48,507 nt of DNA. It comes from Octopus bimaculoides (taxonomy: Eukaryota). Below, piece by piece: positions 22,500 to 33,885 of the stretch. The position numbers were made by a program, and so were the translations under genes. The notes beneath the pieces are model-generated. The model saw only the letters and a program-made list of their open reading frames with translations. It did no database searches and had not been told where the DNA came from. Location of the stretch: NCBI RefSeq assembly GCF_001194135.2, contig NC_069004.1, positions 33,327,684 through 33,376,190 of the forward strand, in the 5' to 3' direction. Each line of letters opens with the position of its first letter. Position 1 is the first letter of the stretch.

Positions 22500-24827
22500 G
22501 TGAAACAGTAAGACAGTTTAAGAGAAACGAACAAAAACAGAGAGAGAGTGTGTATGTCTATATGAGTGACATGTAGATGAAAATGATTGAAAGAAAGAAT
22601 GAGTGACATGCAAGAGATGAGTGTGGAAAGGGGAAGTAGAAGACTTAGGTTGTAGTAGCAGTAGTGGGAGTAGGAGGAGGTGTGGCTAAAGAGGGAGGAG
22701 TTATTGAGTGTAGCTATCAGCTGTTGGATGTAAACAAATCCACATGACTTGGACGACGTGAGTTAAAAACAGCAGAAAAGGCCAGAGATTCGAGTCTCGG
22801 CAGGAAAATCTCTGGCTTGATGGGGGAATTCATTGTAGCTTTTTGGAAACGCTGTTTACACTGCGATTGATGTTTAGTTGGCAGTCCTTGGAAAGGTCCT
22901 TCACCCAGCATTTTATATATATGTGTGTGTGTATATGTATGTATATGTATATATATATATATATNNNNNNNNNNNNNNNNNNNNNNNNNNNNNNNNNNNN
23001 NNNNNNNNNNNNNNNNNNNNNNNNNNNNNNNNNNNNNNNNNNNNNNNNNNNNNNNNNNNNNNNNNNNNNNNNNNNNNNNNNNNNNNNNNNNNNNNNNNNN
23101 NNNNNNNNNNNNNNNNNNNNNNNNNNNNNNNNNNNNNNNNNNNNNNNNNNNNNNNNNNNNNNNNNNNNNNNNNNNNNNNNNNNNNNNNNNNNNNNNNNNN
23201 NNNNNNNNNNNNNNNNNNNNNNNNNNNNNNNNNNNNNNNNNNNNNNNNNNNNNNNNNNNNNNNNNNNNNNNNNNNNNNNNNNNNNNNNNNNNNNNNNNNN
23301 NNNNNNNNNNNNNNNNNNNNNNNNNNNNNNNNNNNNNNNNNNNNNNNNNNNNNNNNNNNNNNNNNNNNNNNNNNNNNNNNNNNNNNNATATATATAATCA
23401 CTTTATAGACTTATCTTGTACAGATTTTCAGAGAGTAGAGTCATGTAGGATACAATATTGACTTATAAGTCTGTAATATTCTTGGTAGTGCATCATGGGT
23501 TGCAAAACGAAATACAGTGTCCTAACAAGCAATTATATATATATATAGTAATGTTTATATGCCAACATATGATCTCCCTTGCAAATGCTATATACGGACA
23601 CAGACTGTGTGTCATTAGCCAGCTGTGACTAGGGTGTTAGAAATAATATATATATTGAGAGAGAGAGAGAGAGGGGGGCAGTTGATGAATATAGTTAACC
23701 AAATTCGTTTAATACAGTGTTTTATAGATATCTTGCGTGGATTGATTCTCTTCTACTTATACATACATACATAGTTTGCTGTTCCATTATAAGTAGGATC
23801 AACAAAACGGTGAGAGATAAGCATAATTTAATAAGCACAAATTGAAGATAGGGTCACTAATAGTTTCGTACCCTGGAGGTACAATAAATTCGACAGATTT
23901 ATATATTTTGCCCCGTGTGTCCGAAGGCCAAGTGTTTCATACGAACTTAATAAACCTTGATAAGTGCCGTGCATAAGACTAGATCCTTGAGTCATTTAGT
24001 AACTTCTACCAATTAAAACGCGCGCGTGTGTGTGTAATATATCTAATATATACGTATATATACGTATATGTATGTGTACGTTATGAATGCATGTGTATAT
24101 ATGTATACGCATGTATTCATATGTTTGTATGTGTGTATATTAACTAATTAGCTATGCACATTGCATGATGGAAGATAGTGAAGTTGAAAGAGGTAATATC
24201 GTCTGCCAGATAACAATTTTCTCTCTCTCTTTCTCTCTCTTCCTCATATGCTTTCTATTTCATTAATTAATTCACAGAAACACTCGTCTTTTGCTCTATT
24301 TGTCATTCATTCCTAATCTGACCCCCCTCTCTCTCTTTCTATCGATCAATCGATCTTATAACGTATCTCAATTATTTTATTCTTTCTGTTTCCTCTTCTT
24401 TCACCCCCCCCCCACACATTCATTCTCTTTCTCAAATAATGTTTTATTTTCCCGATGTTAAAAAAGTGAGGTGTGGGTCGTGAAGGAGAAGGGTTGCTTG
24501 AGAGGGGGAGAAGCGTTGATATGAGGAGCAGCGTCAAGTACGACTTACTAAAAGGAGAGAGAAAGAAAGGTGGTTGTTGTGATAGGTGGTAGGAGGAAGA
24601 GCCTGGATGTGTAGTGTGAGTTAAGTAAACGTTTTCCTTTTTAAAAAGGTCATGGAGAATTTTCTCTCTCAGGTGTGAGTGTGTGTGTGTGTGTAAATGT
24701 GGGTGACGAGTAAAAGGAACTATGGAAAAAAAAAAAAAAAAAAAAAAACCTTACAAAGAACTTATTTAACAACTTCCTCTGAGCTTTTTTTCGTCTTTAT
24801 GATGAGCTGTTACACCCTGGAATTATC

Positions 24828-24863
<36 letters not shown>

Positions 24864-24938
24864 GTGTGTGTATACGTGCATACATATAGACATACATTGC
24901 AACATGCATACATAATATGAACATACAAATATACATGC

Positions 24939-24971
<33 letters not shown>

Positions 24972-25100
24972 CATGTGTGTGTGTGTGTGTGTGTGTGTAC
25001 ATATATATATATATATATATACACACATACATAGACATACATAATTACATATGTATCAACATTCATACAAACACATATACCTACATACCCACATATATTC

Positions 25101-25145
<45 letters not shown>

Positions 25146-26063
25146 TAGACAGTGTGAAACAGATAAGTGTATGTGTGTATGTCTGCATGCACACATACAC
25201 ATACGCTTGTATATATATATACATGCATTCACACAAGAGCGAGCGAGAAAGAGGCAGAGAGATAGAGAGGAGGATAGAAAGAGGCAGAGATAGGGAGAGA
25301 GAAAAAGGGAGATAAAGAGAGATACTTCCCCCCCCTTACCCTTTTGAAAAGAAAATAAACAACAATAAAACCTGTTAAAATTGGGTCAGCATCTCTGTTC
25401 TGTGAAAGAGGGGCTGCAGCTTAAAAATAACAGGAAAATACATACACATACATGTGTCTGCAATTAGACAGTCATAGAGCGGTGTACCCTTACTTAGAAA
25501 CACACATTACAGAGGGAACACGTACGTGCATACATACATACATACACGAAGCCTTCCACATGTATATATACGCACCCACAAATATATACATGCTTATATA
25601 AATGTGTACACGCGCGCACACACATTCTGCGCGCACGCGTGTTTACATACCAAGTGATGTATGTATGTATATATGTGTATATGAATATATCACACATACA
25701 TACACACACAAACATGTATATGTGTGAAGTCTGATGACATAACAGTTGTTTCTAAAAAAAAAATCTTCCGAGGAAAAAAGCACAACAAAAATAACTTGAG
25801 AAAATAAGTCACAAACAGCAAATATTTGGGTAAAATTCCTGGGTTTTATTTCCAAAACATAGAACTTATATAAGGCCTGTCTTTCTGTATAGCTGTATGT
25901 GTTCACTATATATGTATGTATGCATGTATGTATGTATGTATGTATGTATGTATGTATGTATGCATGTATGTATGTATGTATGCATTTATGTATGTATGTA
26001 CAAACTTTTGCTTATACTTTGTCATGCTTTATTTCCAAAACACTGAACATATATATAAGTCCG

Positions 26064-26098
<35 letters not shown>

Positions 26099-26119
26099 GT
26101 TTGTCTGTCTGTCTATATG

Positions 26120-26160
<41 letters not shown>

Positions 26161-26504
26161 TCACATATACGTACACACATTTTTTTACTTCCAAAGCAGT
26201 GAACTTATAAAAGTTATATAAATGTTTGAAATAACACACATCATGTGAAAATAGAAACTTTTAAATATTATCAGATAAAATTGGAGTTTTCTGATTTGCT
26301 TTTCAATCTACCCTCTCTCCCCCACCATCTCGGAAATGTTTTGTGAATTTAAGCTATGAAAAATATTTTTGTTCCACACATTCAACAGTGGACGAAAAAA
26401 CATTTGCTGTGGAATTTTAGAATGAAAGGAAGTCCTTGACTTTACAACATTAGTTTTATTTCCGTGATATAATTTAATTTTGGTGATGTGTAAATCCATT
26501 AACA

Positions 26505-26807
26505 CAGTGGTTCTCAATCAGGGCCCAAATAAGATATTGTAGGGCCCACGCTAGAAAAATAATAAGTTAGGGATCCACTAGTTTTTTGAGGGTTCATGAA
26601 AAGTTTTGATTTAAATGTGTTAATTGCAAGAAACAGCTAGGCTTCTTTCTCTAATCTTTTACATAGTTCAACCGTTTCAATAACAAAATAGGAATTTTGA
26701 AAGTATCTTTGAAATTAGTTTTTAAATATCGAATGTTTATGGGGGTCCATCAAAATATAATTGTAAACAAAGGGGTCCATAGACAGAAAAATGGTTCGGA
26801 ACCACTG
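26505..26807. mobile_element. hAT (Charlie-like) MITE
   Basis: TIRs cagtggttctcaa and cagtggttccgaa (reverse complement) match at 11/13. The element is 303 bp with a non-coding interior; no TSD is recognisable. Confidence 0.8.
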
Positions 26808-26962
26808 CTTATGTTTACTGTCTTTGGTTACCTCTCTTTTTCTTTTCTATTCAGTTAAACGTTTCTTTGCTTTAACTTTTTGTCTGTTTTATGCGATTCC
26901 ACCCTGAAGAAAATATATGCATACATACACACACACACACACTAGTAAATAAACACGAACGT

Positions 26963-27017
<55 letters not shown>

Positions 27018-27205
27018 CATGTATGTATATATGTATGTATGCATGTATGTGTTTATATTTATAAATGTATGTGTCTATTTCTCTATCTATCTATCTTTCT
27101 TACGTTCGTTCTTTCTTTACGTATATATATATATGTAAAAGTGTAAAGAAGGCGTGCAAATCGATACCTCGAAGTCATTGTCAACCTTTTCGATGTAAAA
27201 GTGAA

Positions 27206-27265
<60 letters not shown>

Positions 27266-27277
27266 GGTGTGTGTGTA

Positions 27278-27309
<32 letters not shown>

Positions 27310-27442
27310 TGCGAAAGCAAACAAATAGACCATTTCAAGATAGTTGAAAGAAAAATATAACGGATGCCCCAACATTACGTAACAAAACTTTTTCACTTTT
27401 CCGAAAGCAAAACTAATGTAAGCTCAACGATCGTCATGTATT

Positions 27443-27511
27443 ATTTGAAGATTAATTACACAGGCGACATTTGAAGATTAATTACACAGGCGACATTTGA
27501 AGATTACACAG
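27443..27511. repeat. 26-bp tandem repeat, ~2.6 copies
   Basis: Unit atttgaagattaattacacaggcgac at 27443 and 27469, and a shortened third copy at 27495. Confidence 0.92.
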
Positions 27512-27757
27512 CATTTTCTAATCTAACTTATATCAGAAGCACATTTATTACTTTCAAGTGCTTAACTTTCGTTTTACTCTCAAAATTATTTTATAACATT
27601 CGTAAATTTAATTACCTAGAAATGCTTTTTTTTTTTAATCAGCCGATATTATATAACAACGATGCATTTTCGCTTATCTTTAGTCATAATTATAATGTTA
27701 GGAAATATTTGAAAGCTAAAGAATCATATTTTTTTATCAGTTTATTTAGATGCTTTC

Positions 27758-28022
27758 GCGATCTTTCGGAGAAAGTCTATCAAAAAAGTATCTGTTCGGC
27801 AATTTCCGTATGTGTGTGTGCCTGTGCGCGTGTGTGTGTGTCTGTCAGTCTGTATGCATATTTGTGTTAAAACATATACACAAATGCACGGAAACACACA
27901 CATACACATTAAAATATATAAACGAGATTCAGCAGAAAAAAAAATTAAAGAAATAAAAAAATGTTCACGGAAATTGCCGAACAAATACTGTCAGTTTTGA
28001 TAGACTTTCTCCGAAAGATCGC
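27758..28022. mobile_element. Foldback/MITE with 52-56 bp inverted arms
   Basis: The left arm (27758-27809) gcgatctttcggagaaagtctatcaaaaaagtatctgttcggcaatttccgt pairs with the right arm (27967-28022), whose reverse complement is gcgatctttcggagaaagtctatcaaaactgacagtatttgttcggcaatttccgt. Confidence 0.85.
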
Positions 28023-28199
28023 CGATATTTTTTATTTGTCTGAATTTAAATATTATTAATCTAATTTATTCCTATCAAAAAAAGAAGTGTGTGTCGGGGG
28101 TCCCTCTTTCACATCAAGGACGTACAATGAACATTATTATTATTATTGAGAGCAAGTAGATCGATGGAATCCCTGACGTATCAGCAGAATTGTAAACGT

Positions 28200-28378
28200 A
28201 GGAAAAAATTGCTTAGTGGCATTTCATCCATCTTTACGTTGTGGGTTCAAATTCCGCCGAAGTCGACTCTGCCTTTCATCGCTTTGGGGCCGATAGATTA
28301 ACTGCCAGTTGAGTTACTGGGTTCGATGTAATCGACTTGTCCCCCTGCCCCCAGATTTCAGGCCTTGTGCCTTTATTC
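28200..28378 (+). mobile_element. tRNA-derived SINE family A with Deu/Nin-like central domain
   Basis: B-box gggttcaaattcc followed by gcctttcatcgctttggggccgatagattaactgccag. Siblings lie at about 18560-18712, 28825-28945 and 28970-29330. Confidence 0.75.
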
Positions 28379-28394
28379 CTACTACTACTACTAT

Positions 28395-28820
28395 TGAGTG
28401 AGAGAGCAGTGCATGCCATCAAAGTGACACTGGGGTAAAATATTCCAAGTCCAGTGTACCCATCGTGAGTGCCCGTCTGATAAGGGTACACCGGGCACAT
28501 TGCATCACAACCATATATGTGCGACATGGTGACCTCATATCAAGATAAATAGTGCATGACCTTGCAGGTGGGGGCTCAGATAGAATTATTTTAAGTAGCC
28601 CATCCCGCTCAAGAGGTCTTTGAATAAGGTTTGTTTAAGGATGTTGAACGAAACATCCATGTTTCCAGAGGTGAATTATTCGAACCCCAAAGAATTCCCC
28701 TCAACACATGGCTATGATGTTACCCCGCTACTTCCGCTCGTGATCAGAGATGCACCTATCGTCAGCCTCTAAGGGACATACTCAGCTAGTCATGGTCAAA
28801 CAACTGACAAACAAATCTGT
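28395..28820. mobile_element. Unclassified interspersed repeat (~425 bp)
   Basis: Recognised from memory as a common octopus repeat (gagtgagagagcagtgcatgccatcaaagtgacactgggg...). There is only one copy in the window, so it has no internal confirmation. Confidence 0.45.
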
Positions 28821-29096
28821 GACAAGCTTGGCAGAATGGTTAGCATGCCGGACAAAATGCTTAGAAGCTTTTCGTTCGTGCATTCGTTCTGAGTATTGGA
28901 ATCAATGTAATCAATTAGTCCCCTCCCTCAAAATTTCAATCTCTAGAAAGGGTTACTATTGAGAATGGATGGGTTGGCAGAATCGTTGGTGGGCCAGTTA
29001 ACAGTGTTTTTTCTAGTTCTTTACGTTCTGAGTTCAAATCTAGCCGAAGTCAACTTTTCTAATCATCCTTTGGGAGTCGATAAAATAAAGTCCCAG

Positions 29097-29254
29097 CACC
29101 AGCGTTGCTAGAGTGTATGCAGCCGGTGCGGCCCTTCCGTTTGCCTCCCCCGGACCCCACAAAAAACACATATTGCCTACAGCAGGCCCCAAAGTGGTGC
29201 CCCTTTAAATGTGCCGCCCCTACCGCCTCGCCCCTTCCCTTCGCTACGCTAGTG
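29097..29254. mobile_element. 158-bp hAT-type MITE inserted in a SINE
   Basis: TIRs caccagcgttgcta and cactagcgtagcga match at 11/14. The flanking 8-mers agtcccag (29089-29096) and agtaccac (29255-29262) form a degenerate 8-bp TSD, and the host SINE resumes after it. Confidence 0.75.
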
Positions 29255-29442
29255 AGTACCACTTTTGCACTGGGGGGTCGATGTAATTACCTAAACCCCC
29301 ACCATTCAAAATTTCTGACATTCTGCCAAGATTATTTTAAAATTTTAATCAAAATTTCAGGAGTATTTAAAACTCGTTCATTTAGCAACAAAAGCATGAA
29401 AAAAAAAAGACAGTTTAACCTGTTTTTAGATATATATATATA

Positions 29443-29844
29443 GGCGGAGGGGTGGCTGTGTGGTAAGTAGCTTGCTTACCGACCACATGGTTCTGGGTTC
29501 AGTCCCACTGCGTGGCACCTTGGGCAAGTGTCTTCTACTATAGCCTCGGGCCGACCAAAGCCTTGTGAGTGGATTTGGTAGACGGAAACTGAAAGAAGCC
29601 CGTCGTATATATGTATATATATATATATATATNNNNNNNNNNNNNNNNNNNNNNNNNNNNNNNNNNNNNNNNNNNNNNNNGCTGGTGTGTTTATGTCCCC
29701 GTAACGTAGCGGTTCGGCAAAAGTGACCGATAGAACAAGTACTAGGCTTACAAAGAATAAGTCCTGGGGTCGATTTGCTCGACTAAAGGCGGTGCTCCAG
29801 CATGGCCGCAGTCAAAAGACTGAAACAAGTAAAAGAATAAAAGA
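29443..29844 (+). mobile_element. Young full-length tRNA-derived SINE (family B, the commonest family here)
   Basis: Head gtggctgtgtggtaag...ggttcagtccc, core accttgggcaagtgtcttc, an internal microsatellite/gap, and tail gtgctccagcatggccgcagtc...tgaaacaagtaaaaga. Confidence 0.9.
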
Positions 29845-31610
29845 ATTTCTTAATAATAAAAAGTACAGATAAATTTTTTAAAAAAATGCCCAATGATTTT
29901 AATTTCATTTTTATGCAAAAATTCCTTTCATGTTCATTTTAATTAAAATTTTCAGGATTGTACAAGAGAGAGAACGATTCGTAACGAAAGGAGATGACAC
30001 ATCGGCCGGTTTATTCACATCAACTGGGCCATCTATGGATGCATGGTATCATTGTTGGAAACTTTGGATAAGAGCTTTGCTTCCGTCCCAGCTAACATTA
30101 CTTTCACCAGCAGACATTGACCTTCAAACGGTTCGGGTCCGATATCAGTCACATCCATCACAGCAGACTGTGACAGCCTGCAAAGGTCGTGAGGCTCTGT
30201 GTTGTCACTTCACCAGACTAACTTATAGCTATCCTTCGGAGATGGTATCACAAAACTGAAACTAACCATCATTCTGTTTCATCTAGTATTATCTATTTGT
30301 TCGGCTATTTCCGTAAATTTTTTTATTTCTTTTTTAGTTCACGGTCTCACTTACATACACGCACGCTTTCTCTCCCTCTCACTCTCTTTCTCTGTCTCTC
30401 TCTCTCTCTCTCACACACACACGCACACCCATTGACTTTCATGTCCACGAGCGAGTTGAAAATCCCTAAATTCCGAAAAGTTAATTTTCATGCGAAAAAA
30501 TACATGTAATAAATTATTTTCTTTTGTAGACACACGCAAACACCAACACACACACAAATATCTAATTTAAAGAGTTTTATTGCATTGCGGCGCAAAAAAA
30601 AGTATTTTTGGAACAATTCTCCTGCGAAGTTCCATGCCGCGTGTGACAGAAAAAGTGTACTTTTTCCTTCAAATATTTTTAAAAATATNNNNNNNNNNNN
30701 NNNNNNNNNNNNNNNNNNNNNNNNNNNNNNNNNNNNNNNNNNNNNNNNNNNNNNNNNNNNNNNNNNNNNNNNNNNNNNNNNNNNNNNNNNNNNNNNNNNN
30801 NNNNNNNNNNNNNNNNNNNNNNNNNNNNNNNNNNNNNNNNNNNNNNNNNNNNNNNNNNNNNNNNNNNNNNNNNNNNNNNNNNNNNNNNNNNNNNNNNNNN
30901 NNNNNNNNNNNNNNNNNNNNNNNNNNNNNNNNNNNNNNNNNNNNNNNNNNNNNNNNNNNNNNNNNNNNNNNNNNNNNNNNNNNNNNNNNNNNNNNNNNNN
31001 NNNNNNNNNNNNNNNNNNNNNNNNNNNNNNNNNNNNNNNNNNNNNNNNNNNNNNNNNNNNNNNNNNNNNNNNNNNNNNNNNNNNNNNNNNNNNNNNNNNN
31101 NNNNNNNNNNNNNNNNNNNNNNNNNNNNNNNNNNNNNNNNNNNNNNNNNNNNNNNNNNNNNNNNNNNNNNNNNNNNNNNNNNNNNNNNNNNNNNNNNNNN
31201 NNNNNNNNNNNNNNNNNNNNNNNNNNNNNNNNNNNNNNNNNNNNNNNNNNNNNNNNNNNNNNNNNNNNNNNNNNNNNNNNNNNNNNNNNNNNNNNNNNNN
31301 NNNNNNNNNNNNNNNNNNNNNNNNNNNNNNNNNNNNNNNNNNNNNNNNNNNNNNNNNNNNNNNNNNNNNNNNNNNNNNNNNNNNNNNNNNNNNNNNNNNN
31401 NNNNNNNNNNNNNNNNNNNNNNNNNNNNNNNNNNNNNNNNNNNNNNNNNNNNNNNNNNNNNNNNNNNNNNNNNNNNNNNNNNNNNNNNNNNNNNNNNNNN
31501 NNNNNNNNNNNNNNNNNNNNNNNNNNNNNNNNNNNNNNNNNNNNNNNNNNNNNNNNNNNNNNNNNNTATATATATATATATGTGTGTGTGTCTCTCTCTA
31601 TATATATATA

Positions 31611-31950
31611 CTCTTTTACTTGTTTCAGTCATTTGACTGTGGCCATGCTGGAGCACCGCCTTTTAGTCGAGCAAATCGACCCCAGGACTTATTCTTTAGA
31701 AGCCTAGTACTTATTCTATCGTTCTCTTTTGCCGAACCGCTACGTTACGGGGACATAAACACGCCAGCATCGGTTGTCGAGCGATGTTGGGGGGGGGGGG
31801 ACAAACACAGACACACAAACACATATACAAGGCTTTGGTCGGCCCGAGGCTACAGTAGAAGACACTTCCCCAAGATGCCACGCAGTGGGACTGAACCCGG
31901 GACCATGTGGTTGGTAAGCAAGCTACTTACCACACAGCCACTCGTCCGCC
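31611..31950 (-). mobile_element. Young SINE family B copy, inverted relative to 29443-29844
   Basis: By manual alignment, about 6 differences in 114 nt (5' part) and about 9 in 156 nt (3' part) versus the 29443 copy. Confidence 0.9.
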
Positions 31951-32178
31951 TATATATATATATATATACTGTGTTGTGTCTGGGGAGAGTCGTTTTCTTT
32001 TAGTGCCTTATTACTTAACACACGCACCGGTTCGATTTCCACTCATTTACTTATTTTTCCTAAAATTTTCGTCGCGTCTTGCAACCTCTTCAATGTACGT
32101 ATATATGCGTGTGTATGTATGTATGTATGTATACATACATATATGCGTGTTTTTATTTATGTATTTATATATACATTT

Positions 32179-32215
<37 letters not shown>

Positions 32216-32274
32216 TATAATTGTACCCTATACAATTATATATCTGTATGTATGTACATCACACCTAACACTCT

Positions 32275-32323
<49 letters not shown>

Positions 32324-32731
32324 NNNNNNNNNNNNNNNNNNNNNNNNNNNNNNNNNNNNNNNNNNNNNNNNNNNNNNNNNNNNNNNNNNNNNNNNNNNNN
32401 NNNNNNNNNNNNNNNNNNNNNNNNNNNNNNNNNNNNNNNNNNNNNNNNNNNNNNNNNNNNNNNNNNNNNNNNNNNNNNNNNNNNNNNNNNNNNNNNNNNN
32501 NNNNNNNNNNNNNNNNNNNNNNNNNNNNNNNNNNNNNNNNNNNNNNNNNNNNNNNNNNNNNNNNNNNNNNNNNNNNNNNNNNNNNNNNNNNNNNNNNNNN
32601 NNNNNNNNNNNNNNNNNNNNNNNNNNNNNNNNNNNNNNNNNNNNNNNNNNNNNNNNNNNNNNNNNNNNNNNNNNNNNNNNNNNNNNNNNNNNNNNNNNNN
32701 NNNNNNNNNNNNNNNNATATATATATATAGT

Positions 32732-33025
32732 GAGGACGCATGGCCTAATGCTTAGGATGATCGCGAGAGATCGTGGTTTCAATTCCTGGACCGGGTGGTG
32801 CGTTGTGTTCTTGAGCAAAACACCCCATCTCACTATGTTTTGCGGTCACTTCGACACCTGACACGTGGCACACCTGACGCACCTGTTCTAACGACGTTGA
32901 TTTTGATGGAGGGACTGAGCTAATGGATAGCACATACATTTGATCTCATTACAGACAAATCATTTATTTGCAGGTCGTTCGGCAAAAGCTGAACATTCAT
33001 ACATTGTCTTCGACGGGAGAGTCCA
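32732..33025 (+). mobile_element. tRNA-derived SINE (family E)
   Basis: A-box-like tggcctaatgc, B-box-like ggtttcaattcc, and core gcgttgtgttcttgagcaaaacac. Confidence 0.8.
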
Positions 33026-33854
33026 ACACACCTATATATTGGGTCATCCCATACATAATACATCCAGTACTGTTCTGACCTCGTCTACAGAATTCATATA
33101 TTTTCCTTCCAAATGATTTTAAAGACTGTGGAATAAATGATAATCAGATGGGGCATCGTTTCCTAATAATTGCGACAAACAGCTTCCACTCATTTGTTAT
33201 AACGAACGTTACCAGTCTAAGGGAGGTAACTCTGACGAGACTAAATGACTGCATCGGTTTCGTCGCAGTTCTTTTCGTTAGCAACATCTCTGAAGTTCGT
33301 TAAGCTGATCTGGTGTTTTCAGCCATGCAAGTGGAACCCAAGTATACTCTTCTCTTTAGCTATGCCTGTCATCTATTAAGTTACCCTTCCACTGTTGAGA
33401 GGACGATTATGGTAACAAAAGGGCTTAAGCGAAACGCTTTGGTGAAAGGAACTGGTTGTTCCGTGACTAAATTTATAAGATTGTGAAAAAATGAGCGTAC
33501 CAGTATGAATTTGTTCCTTTCCAATTTTGTTCCCTCATAACTTTCAGGGAAATTAATATTTTTAAATTAAATTTTCTACAAATGCCTTCCAAGTGACGCA
33601 GATTACAATTATATCGGAATTTAATGAAAAATTAAGACATATTATATCTACAAAATGAAAGTTGAAACGTTGAAAACAAAATTTTGATGTGTCAGTATGT
33701 ATGAGTGTGCACAGTATGTATATATATGTTTGTGTGTGCACCAACCAATTTTTTTTTTCTCTTTCATATTAAATTCCTATAGGCGCATTTTTATGCAAAT
33801 GTCTTCTGCTATAGCCTTGGGCCAACCAAAGCCCTAGAACTGAAAGAAGGGCAT

Positions 33855-33885
<31 letters not shown>

